The position numbers were made by a program, and so were the translations under genes. A DNA stretch of 64,000 nt from Isurus oxyrinchus (lineage: Eukaryota). Positions 35,705 to 48,988 of this stretch are shown here, piece by piece. The stretch spans positions 88,412,001 through 88,476,000 of the forward strand of contig JANJGN010000021.1 in NCBI GenBank assembly GCA_026770705.1. Reading direction: 5' to 3'. The notes beneath the pieces are model-generated. The model was given only the letters and a program-made list of their open reading frames with translations. It was not told the DNA's origin and did not search any database. Position 1 is the first letter of the stretch. Each line of letters begins with the position of its first letter.

Positions 35705-37567
35705 CTTGAACAGAGGCTCGAACAATCCCCATCCACCACCACTCTCCTCCATCTGGCTGAACTTGATTTCTCCTTAAACTTGTCTCAGTTCCTCCAAATA
35801 AAAGGTGTGGCTATAGGTACCTGCATGGGCCCCAGTTATGCCTGTCTCTTTATGAGGTACGTGGAACATTCCTTGTTCCAGTCCTACTCAGGCCCCCTCC
35901 CACAACTCTTCCTCCAGTAGATTGATGATTGCTTCACTGCTGCTTCATGCTCTCGTCTGGACCTGGAAAAATTTATTAATTTTGCTTCCAATTTCCACCC
36001 CTCCATCACTTTCACATGGTCCATTTCTGACACTTCCCTTCCCTTCCTTGACCTCTCTGTCTCAATCTCTGGTGATAGACTTTCTACTAATATTCATTAC
36101 AAGCCCACTGACTCACACAGCTTTGACTACAGCTCCTCACTCCCTGTTTCCTGTAAGGACTCCATCCCATTCTCTCAGTTCCTTCGCCTCCGTTGCATCT
36201 GTTCTGATGATGCCACTTTCCAAAACAGTTCCTCTGACATGCCTTCTTTCTTCATTAACCGAGATTTCCCACCCACGGTGGTTGACAGGGCCCTCAACCG
36301 TGTCTGACCCATCTCCCACGCCTCTGCCCTCACACCTTCCACGCCCTCCCAGAATCATGATAGGGTCCCCCTTGTCATCACTTTTCACCCCACCAGCCTC
36401 CGTATTCAAAGGATCATCCTCCACCATTTCTGCCAACTCCAGAATGATGCCACTACCAAACACATCCTCCTTTCACCCCCAGGTCAGCATTCCGTAGGGA
36501 CCATCCCCTCCAGGACACCCTCGTCCATTTCTCTGTCACCCCCAACACCTCAACACCCTCCCACGGCACCTTCCCATGCAATTGTAGATGGTGCAACACC
36601 TGCCCCTTTATTTCCCCCCTCATTACCGTCCAAGGGCCCAAACACTCCTTTCAAGTGAAGCAGCATTTCACTTGCACCTCCCTCAATTTAGTCTACTGCA
36701 TTCACTGCTCCCAATGCAGTCTCCTCTACACTGGAGAGACCAAATGCAGACAGGGTGACCGCTTTGCGGAACACCTACGGTCTGTCCACAAGCATGACCC
36801 AGACCATCCTTTCGGTTGCCATTTCAACAGTCCACCCTGCTCTCTTGCCCACGTGTCTGTCCTTGGCTTTCTGCATTGTTCCAGTGAAGCTCAACGCAAA
36901 CTGGAGGAACAGAACCTCATCTTCCGATTAGGCACTTTACAGCCTGCTGGAATTAACATTGAGTTCAACAACTTCAGACCATGAACTCTCTCCTCCATCT
37001 TTACCCCTTTTTGATCCCCCTTTCTTCTATATTCATTTTTATTTTTTCATTTTATTCTTTATATATATTTTTTTCCACTTATTTTCATTATTATTTAAAA
37101 AAAATATTTCCATTTTTATTCATTGTTTTATCCCTAGTTTTTAGCCTATTTCCCACCATCGTTCCCTCACCCTGCCTCACCCCACTGGGGCCATCTGTCA
37201 CTTTCCAGAGTGTTTACCCTGGCACGGCAATTATCACATTCTGCTTCCCATTCTTAATGTCACCATTAGCACCTCCTTTAGCCAGTGCCATCACTATTAA
37301 CACTTTGACCTTTTGTTTCTGACACCTTTTGCAATCTCTCCTTTGCCTCCACCTATCACTGGCCTTCTATCCAGCTTCACTTGTTCCATCCCCTTTAAAC
37401 AGTATATATTTCAATATATTTCTACTTCCCTTTAGTTCTGAAGGAGTCATATGGACTCAAAACATTAACTTTGTCCTTCTCTCCACAGATGCTGTCAAAC
37501 CTGCTGAGATTTTCCAGCATTTTCTATTTTTGTTTCAGATTTCCAGCATTTGCAGAATTTTGCCTTT
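35705..37567 (+). mobile_element. Penelope-like element (Neptune-like): RT C-half, GIY-YIG endonuclease and pseudo-LTR with degenerate hammerhead (37434-37470)
   Basis: QIKGVAIGTCMGPSYACLFM, *IDD, LPFLDL, the CNCRWCNTC linker, NLVYCIHCSQCSLLYTGET...RFAEH, LGTLQPAGINIE. Confidence 0.93.
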
Positions 37568-39439
37568 ATCATCGTTACGTGTGCTGCCAGTTTCTGAGCA
37601 GGTCCCCATGACAGTGATCCAATGCACTCTTCCTCGCGCTGTTGCTGCTCTTTCTCAGAAGTGGCGAGGCCATTGCTCATCTTGCACTTGTTCTGAGAGG
37701 GAGCGAGACGGATATTTCTCCAGAGAGCCTGCAATAATGATGGCAATACATGTGGCCCCTTTAGGAAGATGTGGCATTTGGGAGTGAGATTAGCTTTGAG
37801 GGGTTATGGACTAGGAATGGGTGTGTAACTGTAATGAAGCTGGAATGGTCATGTACCTCTAGGCAATGTGGCCCCTGCTCTGCTTCTCCTACCCCCTGTC
37901 CCAATAATGGCCAGCACTGCCTCCTCAAGGAGTGGGATGTTTCCTCATGCTGGTCAGGTCCTGCTGCCGCCTGCTCTTATTGTGTATATTTTTTGTGTAT
38001 TCTTGTGTTATTTTGTCTTTAAAGAGAAGGAGTAGTGATTGTGAGTGGGTGTATTGACAGGTGGACTTGTAAACGTGTGTGTGTGTGTGTGAGATGCAGT
38101 TATTTTCCATAATGATACTCAATAACAAGTGTTTCTGTTCTGAATGACAACTAGAGAACCATTTAAGATAAATAGAAAAGCAGCTTGGGTGCATATTAAC
38201 CACACACAAGCAGATTTCCTGTCCTCCACACAACAGTGACCAACACTGTTCCCGATGCAGTGACTAAAGTAACTGGGTCAAAAATACAGAAGAGACAGTT
38301 AATCACAGACTAAACTGAAAAGTCAGTAACACTCACTACTTTTTGCATGAATGAAGTAACTAGTCCTTCGACATATAAACATACACATCTGGAGTTTCCA
38401 TCTGGACTGAAGATGGGTGGTGGAATGAGAAGAGAAGTTACAGAGGCAGATTGGGAGAATTGTACCAAAACTATCCCCCACAGTGGAGAAAATTGGATTT
38501 TAGTAAAGAAAATAAGTAATCTAAGGTAATTTACCATCTGTGTGTAGTCTAGTGAAGGACTTTGACATGAAACATTCTTGAGAAGTTATTCAACCTTAAG
38601 GAATGACTGGGAAGGCCATTATTTAAAAGCTGAGATAATTCATTAGTGGAGCATTTAAAATATGAAAACCTTTGTAAGACATCTTCTAATAGAAAACTTC
38701 AGTGGGGTCCTTCTAATCCTAGGGACCTGAGGTCAGCTGTAGCTTTGAACTGCTGCAACTTTGCTGAGATCAGCTAATCCAGCAAAGACAGAAATAAACC
38801 AAAGACCACCCCATCCTGCAAGGCTCAGGGTCACACTGGGCTCTGACTGTCCGGGAATGGCTGTACTTTTAACCATTGGGTAGTCCTTTTACCACATGGG
38901 TGGTGCCTTGATATAGTTGGTGTTGCCTTTATGCCAATGAGCAGTTCTTTTTCCCCATTAAGCACTCAGGTGGTAATTTCTCTGATGGGCAGTGCCATTG
39001 CCCCCTACTGGATGGCCAAGGAAGGTGTGTTCACGATGTGGCCAAAAAGGTTGATTAGCAGCTTTGAAATCTCTCCACACACATCAACAGCAGGCAGCAC
39101 AAGTGGGAGAGATTCCTGATCAGCCATGTGATGAGAAGAAATTGGAACATCTCCCATCACTATTCATAGGTCCAGGCTACAACATGTATGTAAAAGTCTA
39201 TGTTGCCACAGCAACTCGAACTCCTTGCGGGAGGTGGCGGGGGTGGGGGAGTTGGGGGTTGAGGGAGGGTTTAGTTGACAGGGACAGAAGAGTTTTGCTT
39301 TGTGTTCTGGCTGGGGTGGATTTGGGATCTGCCTCCTTAGCCTGCTGTGGTGGATATTGTGACACTGTGGGTCAGATCTGCTTTTGGGCAAATAACTCAA
39401 GGAGTACCCTAATAGTTCTGGTCTTGTTTTGGAATTTCT

Positions 39440-40120
39440 TTTTGCACTTTTTCTAGTGCTTCTATATTTTCTTGTCAATATGGAAATCAGAACTGTGCAC
39501 AGCACTCTAAACATGGAATAGGCATGGTGCCACAAAGGTTTAACATAGCTTGTTTCGCTTTAGATTCTAGTGCTTGAGAAATGAACTTCAGTGTTTTATT
39601 TGCACATTTGATGGCTCTGTTAACCTACATTGCCACTTTTAATGATCTGCATCTCGAAATCTCTTTGCTCCTATACCCCATTTAGACACCTACTTCCAAA
39701 GAAATATGTGTGGTTTCTTTATTTCTGCTATACAAATACAACATCTCAATTTGTGTACACTGGAATTAATTTGCCATTTAACAGCCCATTCTGCAAGTTT
39801 CCTGATGACCTATAGTTGGCCACAGACTTTCCCTGCATTAACCCTACACCCAGTTTGGCATCATCTGCACATTTGATATTGTACGTTAGGTTTCTGAGCC
39901 CAACTCATTTATGTAAATTGGGATCAGCCGCAGTCCCAGCACCAGTCACTGCAGAACGTAATGAGATTGTTTCTTTTGGTCAGGGTTTTAAGAGATACAA
40001 AAACAGGGACTGGTAAAGCGAGTTGAGGTACAGGGCAGGTATGATCTAACTGAGTGATTGAACAGGCTTGATGTGTTGAATGACCTATTCATGCTCCTTT
40101 GTTCAAATGTTCTTATGTGT
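39440..40120. mobile_element. Old CR1 fragments (- then +)
   Basis: Degenerate CR1 RT and 3' UTR, duplicated at ~45620-46330. Confidence 0.55.
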
Positions 40121-40482
40121 CGTCAGAGGTTACAGCTGAAGATCCGGAGACCTCAATGGCAATTCTACCCTCTGATACCAAGACCACAGTTTGAAAGTCA
40201 ATTGCTAAAGATGACCATTAAGCTTTAAGGGCACTTGACAGTAAACAGGAAATGCTAGTTGATTTGGTGTAAGGTTGACCCACATACTAAAGCAAGGCTG
40301 ATTTCTAAGTTAACGGCTTCATTTCAACTTTTGCCATTGAACCTCATCAGCTTCTCTGACAAAAGCTTTGAATCAAATTTACTGTTGATGTTTCCACACT
40401 GACAGTGGCTGAACAATCCTGCCAACCAAACTCAACTGTCAACGGTCAAACAGTATCTGTAACTAAATGCCACTTAAAAGGA

Positions 40483-40534
40483 ATGGGATTTACAGGGTGT
40501 ATGATTTTTGCTTTTAATCCCTTTGCTCTGATCG
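40483..40534 (+). CDS. Candidate signal-peptide exon 1 of the plus-strand Ig gene
   Basis: ATG...MGFTGCMIFAFNPFALI G|gtaagt; 52 nt; phase 1; in frame with 41280. The donor and the FNxFALI frame are conserved in the paralog at 46862-46907. Confidence 0.6.
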
Positions 40535-41279
40535 GTAAGTGTTGCTATAGTTAATACGTAAAATGTGTCTTTTAACATCTGTTTGAGTTGTAATAAAGCT
40601 GAAAGGATTATCTGAGATAACACATCAGCATCATATGTTCAGTGGAACCAATGCTTATAAAAATATAGCTATGTGTCCAACAGTTGCAGCTCTGGCCAAA
40701 TTAGAATTGTGCTTATTTGATTTTTAACAGTTGTTGAGTTTGAGGAAAGGAAAACATAAAAATAGGTCAGGAGGACAATTCTGATATTTATTTTAAAGAG
40801 GCTCATCTGGCTGAATAATCTCCTTCTGTTCTGTGTGACTCCAAAAGCAATCACCATTTGTAGAGTCAACATTGGTCAGAATAATTTGTGTCTGCAGGAT
40901 AGCCACTAGGTTCTACCATTATGTATTTGACACTGTTCCACATTCTCCCAATATCATGACAGTTTTCAGCAGTTGGTGTATAACTGTGATGAAAAGGTTT
41001 ATAAATGTTGTGTGAGTTAGCCCTTCCACAAATCGTGAAATGTTACCATGAAATGCTACTGGTGTGGGGAGTAGACCCCAGTGACACTGAAGCTATGGGA
41101 GCAGAATGTTCCCAGCATTATACCTAATGGATCCAGGACCATCATGACGTGGTCATGCAAGGCACTGCGAATGTCCGTTTCAATTATATAGTTATCTACC
41201 TCAGTTTCAACAAATTTTGCACTGATCGTTTAGGTGTTGTCACTTTTATATTCAAACAATTATTATCTTCATCTTTAAG

Positions 41280-41669
41280 CCGCTGTAACACTAGGAGTGA
41301 CCCAGGACAGTCTGAATGGAACCGTTCATCAGTCTGTGCTCCTAGCCGCCTCTTACACAGTCTCAGACCCAAGCGGTTACCTTCGGATCAGATGGATGAA
41401 AGCTGGGACGAAAGCTGGGAGTAGAATTGTGGACTATAGATGCACATCGAAGAGAGGCAACATCTCCACTGGGCGCTGCCACTACCTACCTGTTCCTGAC
41501 GACTACAAACGCAGGAGTGTCCTTTTCCCACAAAATGCTTCATTGTTGCTGGAGGATTTACATCTCAACGACAGCGGGACTTATGAATTGTCCATTAGTC
41601 ACCCAATGGGAACAGAGTTGGCCAGGTTCATGTTAACAGTCCAGCCCGACACAGCCCGGGATAGAATGG
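41280..41669 (+). CDS. IgV-set domain exon, HEPACAM/CD2-like
   Basis: tttaag acceptor and gtaggt donor; 390 nt; phase 1-1. Translation LNGTVHQSVLLAASYTV...IRW...DYKRRSVLFPQNASLLLEDLHLNDSGTYELSIS...FMLTV. Confidence 0.9.
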
Positions 41670-41707
41670 GTAGGTACTTTTAAAAAAAGAACATTTTCAG
41701 CAATAAT

Positions 41708-41915
41708 GTAAAAGCAAAAAACTGAGGATGCTGGAAATCCAAAACAAAAATAAAAATATCTGGAAAAACTCAGCAGGTCTGGCAGCATCTGCGGAGAGGA
41801 ATACAGTTAACGTTGAACTGTTGAAGAGTCATACGGACTTGAAGCGTTAACTCTATTCCTCTCCGCAGATGCTGCCAGACCTGCTGAGTTTTTCGAGGTA
41901 TTTTTATTTTTGTTC
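41708..41915. mobile_element. Fold-back PLE pseudo-LTR insertion (70-bp inverted arms) with a 10-bp TSD
   Basis: 41743-41812 is the reverse complement of 41845-41914 (3 mismatches). CAGCAATAAT occurs at 41698-41707 and 41916-41925. Confidence 0.9.
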
Positions 41916-42069
41916 CAGCAATAATTTGTTCACCAATGTTCACTTGACCTGGTGCCAGGTTCAGAAGTCTATGGATGTTATTTGTTTTTAAACACAGCAG
42001 CGCTAAGATTGCCTCCTCTGACACAAAATGTTTCCATTGTTGAATTTTCTGTTCCAGCATTTGAAATGA

Positions 42070-42420
42070 TCAACAACACCAGCTCACATTTATACAGCGC
42101 TTCAACACTGAAAGATGCCCTAGAGGCTTTTAACAGAAGGAATTATCAGGCAGGATTTGACAGCGATTACCGAAGGTGATAATAGGACCGGTGACCAAAA
42201 GCTTGGTCAAAGAGAGAGGTTTTAGGGGGACCAGGAGGCGGACAGAGAAAGATATAGGGAGCTGAGAGGTTTAGGGAGGGGATTCTTAGACTTAGGGTCC
42301 AGCCAGTTGAATGCGCCACTGTCAATGATGATGGTCGAGGATGGTCAAGCGTTCAGAATTGGTGGGGTTGGGGAGCACAGATTTCACTGCGGGACGGAGC
42401 TGTAGATATAGGAGGGATGA
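42070..42420 (-). mobile_element. L2 3' end
   Basis: GACCAAAAGCTTGGTCAAAGAGAGAGGTTTTA is the reverse complement of the L2 tail motif. Confidence 0.7.
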
Positions 42421-43164
42421 GAATCATTTCATTCTAACCCGCTGAGCTGGCTCAGCAACCCCCTTAACTCAAAATTATAGACCCATTTCTGCTCAGACCA
42501 CTGGAATGAATTTACAATATTAACCTATTCCTCTGACCGGCCAGGACTTGAATCTCGTTTTTGACCGATTCATTTTAAAGTTAGGACTGAATTCGGAAGA
42601 GGTCGGTTCAAATCGGCAGTCAGCAAATGTTCATTTACGCAAAAACTGGGCTAGAATTTTCCTGCAGTCGGAGTAACGGAGGAAAATCTCTTAACATTTA
42701 CCCCACGGCAGGTCGAGTCTCCAGTGTGAGCAGTGGAGGGATAAACTCGATTCGTCCATCTCACCTTCAAAATACAGGGACCGTGGGAACGCAGTAAGCA
42801 TTAGGCTACTCACATCGCCCAGTAGTTACTTAAATCTCGGCTTTGGCCTCAAAATGAATCACTAATTTGTCCATTTTGTAGAATTAAAACCGTCTCTTAT
42901 GCTAATTACCACAGGACCTTTCAATCCTCAATGGGCGACAACTTACTGGATCTCCGCCACATTGTCCACTTAACCTCTTCTGCTTTTGAAGCCACTGTCT
43001 GATGGAGTTCAGGCCGCACAAGGGATGACAAGTTCTATTTAGGCTCACGACATGAGACTTTAGATTCAGGATTATGATGCATTGCCACTTCTCTTTATCA
43101 GGTTATAATTGTCCGGTGCCTTCAGAACTAAGGTTCGATCAAAGTGATAGAATCCTCCAGCGCA

Positions 43165-44770
43165 CACACAGAGGCCATTTCGACCCAATGTGGCTTGGCC
43201 GGACATTTGAAGTTTTATCCAATTAGTCCCACCTTTTCTTGGTAGCCCCACAATCTCTTCCTTTGCAGGTGTGTATCTAATCCCCTTTCGAAAGTTATTA
43301 CTGGATATGTATTATCCACCCTGTCAGGCAGTACGTTCCAGATTACAACAATTTTTTTTATTCATTCACGGGATCTGGGCTTTGCTGGGGGTGGGGGTGT
43401 AGCATTAATGGACCATCTCTCGTTGCCTTAAAATATATTCTTCTAATTTCTCATCTGCTTCTTTAGCCAATTTCTAAACCTGTCTCCCTTGGTTAATGAC
43501 CTTCCTACTCAACTCATTTATACTATCAAAACTCTCACTATTTTAGAACCCCTCGATTAAATCTCCTAACCTTTCCTGCTCTGGGAATAATTCCAGTTTC
43601 TCTACTCTCCCCATATAACTGAAATCTGTAATCCTTGGTATAATTCTGGCACTTCTCCCCTGCACACTTTCCAAAGTCCTCATGCCCTTTCCACAGTGTG
43701 TCCAGAATCGTACGATATTGCAGCTGAAGCCTACACCAGTGATTTATAAAGTGTGAGCAATATTTCATTGTTTAAGGGACCGGCTCACCGATCAATGCTC
43801 TATCTCTCCATTTGAAGTAAAATACTGACATGTGGAGCTTTGCTCTCCCAGCAGGGATGGCATGGCCAAGTATGAGATGCAGCTAAAACAATAAACAGAA
43901 GGCAGGAGCAATGGACAGGGATAAATTAAATAATGGGCTACAAGCCATTCAGGATTTTCCATGTAGTAATAGGGTAAGATTACTTCACTACTCACAGTAA
44001 TAATAATTTGGTTGAGGAAGGAGAACATGCTTTATGTTGTGGAGAGATGAAATATAGAATCATAGAAAATCATAGAGAGGTTAGAGCAGAGAAGGGTGCC
44101 ATTTAGCCAGTAGTTGTCTTTCTGAATGAGCAATTCACCTCAGGCTATTCCTCCACCTTCTCCCCTTAGCCCTGCACATCTCCTCTTTCAGGTAAGAATC
44201 CAATTCCATCCTGAATGCCTCGTTTGAACCTACCTCCAATACACCCTCAGGCAGTGAGTTCCAGATCCCAACCACTCACTGCCTGAAATCGTTTTCTTTC
44301 CCCTCATGTCTTCATTACTTCTGCCAATTACTTTAAATCTGTGCCCTCTGGGTCTCAATCCTTCCTGTCCTCAACAGAATGTTTCTCCCTATCTACTCTG
44401 TCCAGCACCCTCATGATTTTGAATAGCTCTGTCAAATCTCCTTTCAACCTTATTCTTCTCCAAGGAGAACAGTCCCAACATCTTCAATCTATCTGCAAGT
44501 CTGACATTCCTCATCTCTGGAAGCTTTGCCAATCACTTGAATGTTTTCAGCACTCTCTCTAATGCCTTCACATTGTTCCTAAAGTGTGGTGCCCAGAACT
44601 GGACACAATACTCCAATACACATAGCTCCCTTGCTTTTGTACTCTATGCTGCTATTGATAAAGTTGAGGATTCTGTACTCTTTATTAACAGCTCTAGCTG
44701 TCAGTCCTGCCATACTCAATGGTCTATGCATATATACACCAAGGTCCCTCTGCTCCTGCACCCTCCCCCA
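43165..44770 (-). mobile_element. Two decayed CR1 3' fragments (~43165-43765 and ~44050-44770)
   Basis: Reverse-strand CR1 C-terminus; (ATTCTAT)-type tail at ~44053-44075. Confidence 0.7.
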
Positions 44771-45479
44771 GCCCGACTTAAAATTGTGATGAATTATATG
44801 ACTGAACAAGTGCTAAGCATATATGTAATGGTTTCCATGACCAAATAAGAATGTAGATTTTATATAGTAAGTATAAGCAAGAATTAAGCAATGCATTGTG
44901 TACATATAAGATACTTTGATGGAGTCTAACCTCAGAATCACAGATTGATACAGCACAGAAGGAGACCATTTGGCCCATTGTGTCTGCACCGGCTCACTGA
45001 ATGAGCAATCATCTTGTCACGCGATGGAGGGGAAACTTTTACTTCCTGGACATTGGACTTGCCTTGGGTGGAGACATTAAAGATCGTGATCAAGAGCTAG
45101 TAAAGGAATCAATTTTGTCCACCTTATATTTAGTTGTTGAAGTTAAAAGCCTAAAGTTAAAAGCCTGTGGAAGTTTGCAGTTTCCACACAGTCAGAAGTA
45201 GCCTACTTGCGTGGCAAGGTATAAAGCTATAGTAATTGGAAAATATGGAGATTTATATCTTTACTAACAATTGTAAATAATTAACTGGAAACCTTTAACT
45301 CAAGTCATAACAATGGATCAGGATGTATAAATCAACTCTAATAATAAAGAGCTGACGTCCCAAATGTCACCAGATGAGAGCATCTTCACTTCCCAAATGA
45401 ATGTATTGGAATAACAATTAATAGTGATGTTTGTTCCTATTATTTTTGTGAAATGAATAAACCCATATTTGCTGCTTAG

Positions 45480-45514
45480 ATACAGTCAAGAAACGAACAT
45501 CAGCCAAAGTCTGA
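45480..45514 (+). pseudogene. Duplicated stalk/TM exon copy with a premature stop (possible secreted-form terminal exon)
   Basis: gcttag|AT ACA GTC AAG AAA CGA ACA TCA GCC AAA GTC TGA; paralogous to 57460, which has GTT CGA here. The donor is lost. Confidence 0.6.
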
Positions 45515-46478
45515 AATGATGGTCTTTTTTTTAACTTCCTGTGCTTTTCTGTGAAAACTCAGTCTTCTCTTTCCTACAGAATAGAGCCCCAGCCTGTTCA
45601 GACTTTCTTAATAGTTGCAGCCTGTTGGCTCTGATATCATCTTGGAGATCTTTCCGGCATTTCCACCAGAGCATCTATATTTCTGCAATGTGGAGACCAC
45701 ACTCCACAATACTCTAAATGTGAGCTAATCAATTGACACAGCATGCCTCAATTTGAATTCTATTCCACTAGAAATAAACCAACTATGCCCTCCTCCCCCC
45801 ACCTCCATTTTATGGCTTTGTTAACCTGCATTGCTACTTTTAATGATTAGTGAATCTTCCCTCCTCAATCCCTTTGCTCCTCTACCCATTTAAACTCTAT
45901 GGAGTCTGCGACCTCCTTATTCCTCCAACCAAAAGACAACACCTCACGCTTACGTTGGAATTATTTTGCCATTTACACTTCCATTCTGCAATTTTTAAAT
46001 GTCTCCTAATATTTTGGCAGGGTATTAAATCTGCCCCCACAAATTTTGATATTATAATTCAGATTCCCAGGTCCAAATCAGTTAGATATTAGTGGTGAAT
46101 GGCAGTGGCCGCAGCATCGATTCCTGACAGACATGATTAGATTTTTGTGGAGAGAAAAACTCCAAAGTATTTCGCTTTTACTTTACGGCTAGATTTTTGT
46201 TCGGCCAGGATATTATTGAAGGATTTGGAACCCAGGTGAGTAAGTGGAGTCGAGATACTGACCAGTCATGATCTAATTAAATGGCAGGAGAGGTTCGAGG
46301 TGCTGAATGGCCTATTCATTATCCAATGTTCAGAAGTAGTTTTGCTTCATCTGAATTGACGGGGGGCCCCGGAGGCAATTCTACCGCCTGATACCGAGAC
46401 TACTGTTTGGAAACCTATGGCCTAAGGCGACAATTAACTTTTAAAACCACTTTTTAGCAAGCAGGAAACAATATTATG

Positions 46479-46608
46479 GCAAAAGCAAAAAACTGCGGTT
46501 GCTGGAAATCCAAAATAAAATCAAAAATACCTGGAAAAACTCAGCAGGTCTGACAGCATTTGCGGAGAGCAACAGTTAATGTTTCGAGTCCGTATGAGTC
46601 TTCAGCAG
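46479..46608 (-). mobile_element. Short PLE pseudo-LTR/hammerhead insertion with TSD
   Basis: Reverse complement GTT-CTGCTGA-A-GACTC-ATACG-GACTC-GAAA-CA-TT-AAC. Flanks AACAATATTATG/AACAATATCATG. Absent from the paralogous site at ~40250. Confidence 0.85.
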
Positions 46609-46847
46609 AACAATATCATGATGCTGTCTATTTGGCTCTGAAGTTGACCACAGATTAAAGCATGGTCGATTTGTAAGTTAAGGGCTGGATTTTGGTGCTT
46701 TGTAACTGGACCACATCAGTTGTGCACACAGATTTGAACAGTATCATTGTTAATTTTTCCATGTTGACAGTGACTAAATAGTCCTTCTGATAAAACTCAA
46801 CTGGAAACAGTTAAACAGAATCTGTAACAAGATGTCACTTAAAGGAA

Positions 46848-46907
46848 ATGGGTCTTCAAGCATGGATAGTGTCCATCTTTACACTTTTAATCTCTTTGCT
46901 TTGATCA
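46848..46907 (+). pseudogene. Second (duplicated) leader exon with no downstream IgV exon
   Basis: Paralog of 40483-40534 ending in A|gtaagt. The homologous ATG (46848) runs into TGA; the ATG at 46862 is in frame. Confidence 0.5.
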
Positions 46908-48280
46908 GTAAGTGTTGCCACAATTACGATTTAAAATGTACCTTCTAACATTCACCGGGATTGTGAAACAGTTCCCGTTGGAGCATTTATCTGGGGTAAT
47001 ACATTTGCTGATATCAGTTCGGTGGAATGATCGTTTGACAAACCTATTGTCTACACGTTCTTCAGTTGCCGTTTTTAACAAATGATCATTTTGCTCGATT
47101 TTGTTTTTTGGTTTTGGCGACTGAAGAAAAATAAACACTTGCAGGGCAACAGCGAAAAAGATGGTGGTGAGTGGGCAATTCTATAATCTCTTTCAAAGAG
47201 GCACGAGGGGTTAAATGATCTATTTCTGTTATGTCTGATTCAAAATGAAACCGCAATTACAACTGGCCAGAATAATTCCAGCATGCATATGCTTGAACCT
47301 CTTTGATATTCCCCCAACATAGAATCATGGAGGCCGTTCAGCCTGTCATGTCCATGCTGGCTCTCTGCAACAGCAATTCACCTACTCTCCCTACCCCGTC
47401 TTTTTCCTATGACCCTACAAATTTTTCCTTTTTTAGATAATAATCCAAATCCCTTTTGAATGTCACCATTGGCTCCACCACACTCCCAGGCAATGTATTG
47501 CAGATCCTCACTCGCTGCATCAAAGTTCTTTTGCCCATCACCTTAAACCTGTGTCCAATGGTCCTTGATCCTTCCATGATTGGGAACAGTTTCTCCCTAT
47601 CTACTCTGTCTCCTCATGATATTGGACACCTCTGCTGTTTATAGGCCCCCTAACAGTAGTTGTACTTCAGGGCAGAGTGAAGCTCAGGAAATTAGAGGTG
47701 CATGTACCAAGGGTAATAGAGTAATGTGGGAACCTTAACCTCCAAATAGACAGGACAAAGAAAATTTGCAGTAATATTGTGCAGGGCTAGCCCATGGAAT
47801 ATGTACCAGATAGTTTACTAGATCAGTATGTTGAGCATCCAGGGAACAGGCTATCTTGTATCTAGTATGTGCAATGATAAAGGAGAAATGAATAACCTTG
47901 TACTAAAGGAGCCTCTGGGGAAGAGTGACCATAATGTGATAGAATCTTTTTTGAGTTTGAAATAATTTCATTAAACTTAAAACTGGAGTCTTACACCTAA
48001 AGGAAACAGATTGCCCAGGTAGGAATAGCAAGCTGGCTAAGGTAGTTTGGGAAACTACATTAAATGATATGCAGGGAGACAAATAATGGCTAGCATTTAA
48101 AGCTCTAATTCATAATTTCCAACAAATATATATTTGTTTAAGACACAAAAACCCCAGAGTAAAAAAATGGTAAAACTGTGGCTATCATGAAGAGTACATG
48201 TTTGATCATTGGAAGAATCTTATAATGATTGGGAGGATTTTAGAATTCAGCAGATGAGGACCAAGGCATTGAGAAATAAA

Positions 48281-48941
48281 GGGCAAAATTTTCTGCTTGT
48301 TGGGCGGGCGGGCCTAACCCAATCTCCAGAGAAGTGGGCCCCGCCACTATTTTACATGGGTGGGCCAATTAAGACCCGCCCTGCATGACATCCAGTGGGA
48401 AGCGCTATGTGCTCCCTGAGCAGGTGGGTGGTGGGGGGGGTGGCGCATTCCCAAAATGCGAGAATGCACTCTTTCGTGCTAAGTGCAGCCTCAGGGAGAT
48501 CGCTTACATTTTCAAAAATATGAAAAATAGAAAAAAAATTCCCTAATATGTCCCCCTCATGTGATAATGTCACTTGAGATGGGACATGTTCATGATTAAC
48601 ATAATAACTTTCTTAAACCTTTTAAAACCCTACATGAAACCTCATCCTGCCAGTGGATGAGGCTTCATGCTTTTCTCTAGTTGCCACTGGGGCTCCTGGC
48701 CGACCCGCCAACCTTGAGGTTGGACGGGCAGGTCCTATAATTGGTTAATTGACCCTGTCAATGGCCTCAGTTGGCCATTGACAGGTCGGCGGGCCCACAG
48801 CTGATTTTGCTGCGCCCCCGCCTTCCTGAAAATTTAAATGGGGCGGGGTGACGTCGGGGGTTCCGCCCGACGTGATCCGCATCATTTTACGCATCGGTGA
48901 GCGGGCCCCGCCCCCTGCTCACCAAAGGCAAAATTCTGCCC
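48281..48941. mobile_element. PIF/Harbinger-like MITE
   Basis: TIRs GGGCAAAATTTT / AAAATTCTGCCC and a 3-bp TSD AAA; inverse copy of the elements at 55.0 and 63.0 kb. Confidence 0.75.
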
Positions 48942-48988
48942 AAAGAGAAAATATAACATGAGAGTAGACTAGCAAAAGACATAAAAAA

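Noticed and set aside
38720-39110. Possible ancient SINE remnants
   Set aside because: Too degenerate to assign without a profile search.
42882-42975. Candidate extra exon after the V exon (ttttgtag acceptor)
   Set aside because: The short frame ends in a stop, with no recognisable domain and no paralog support.
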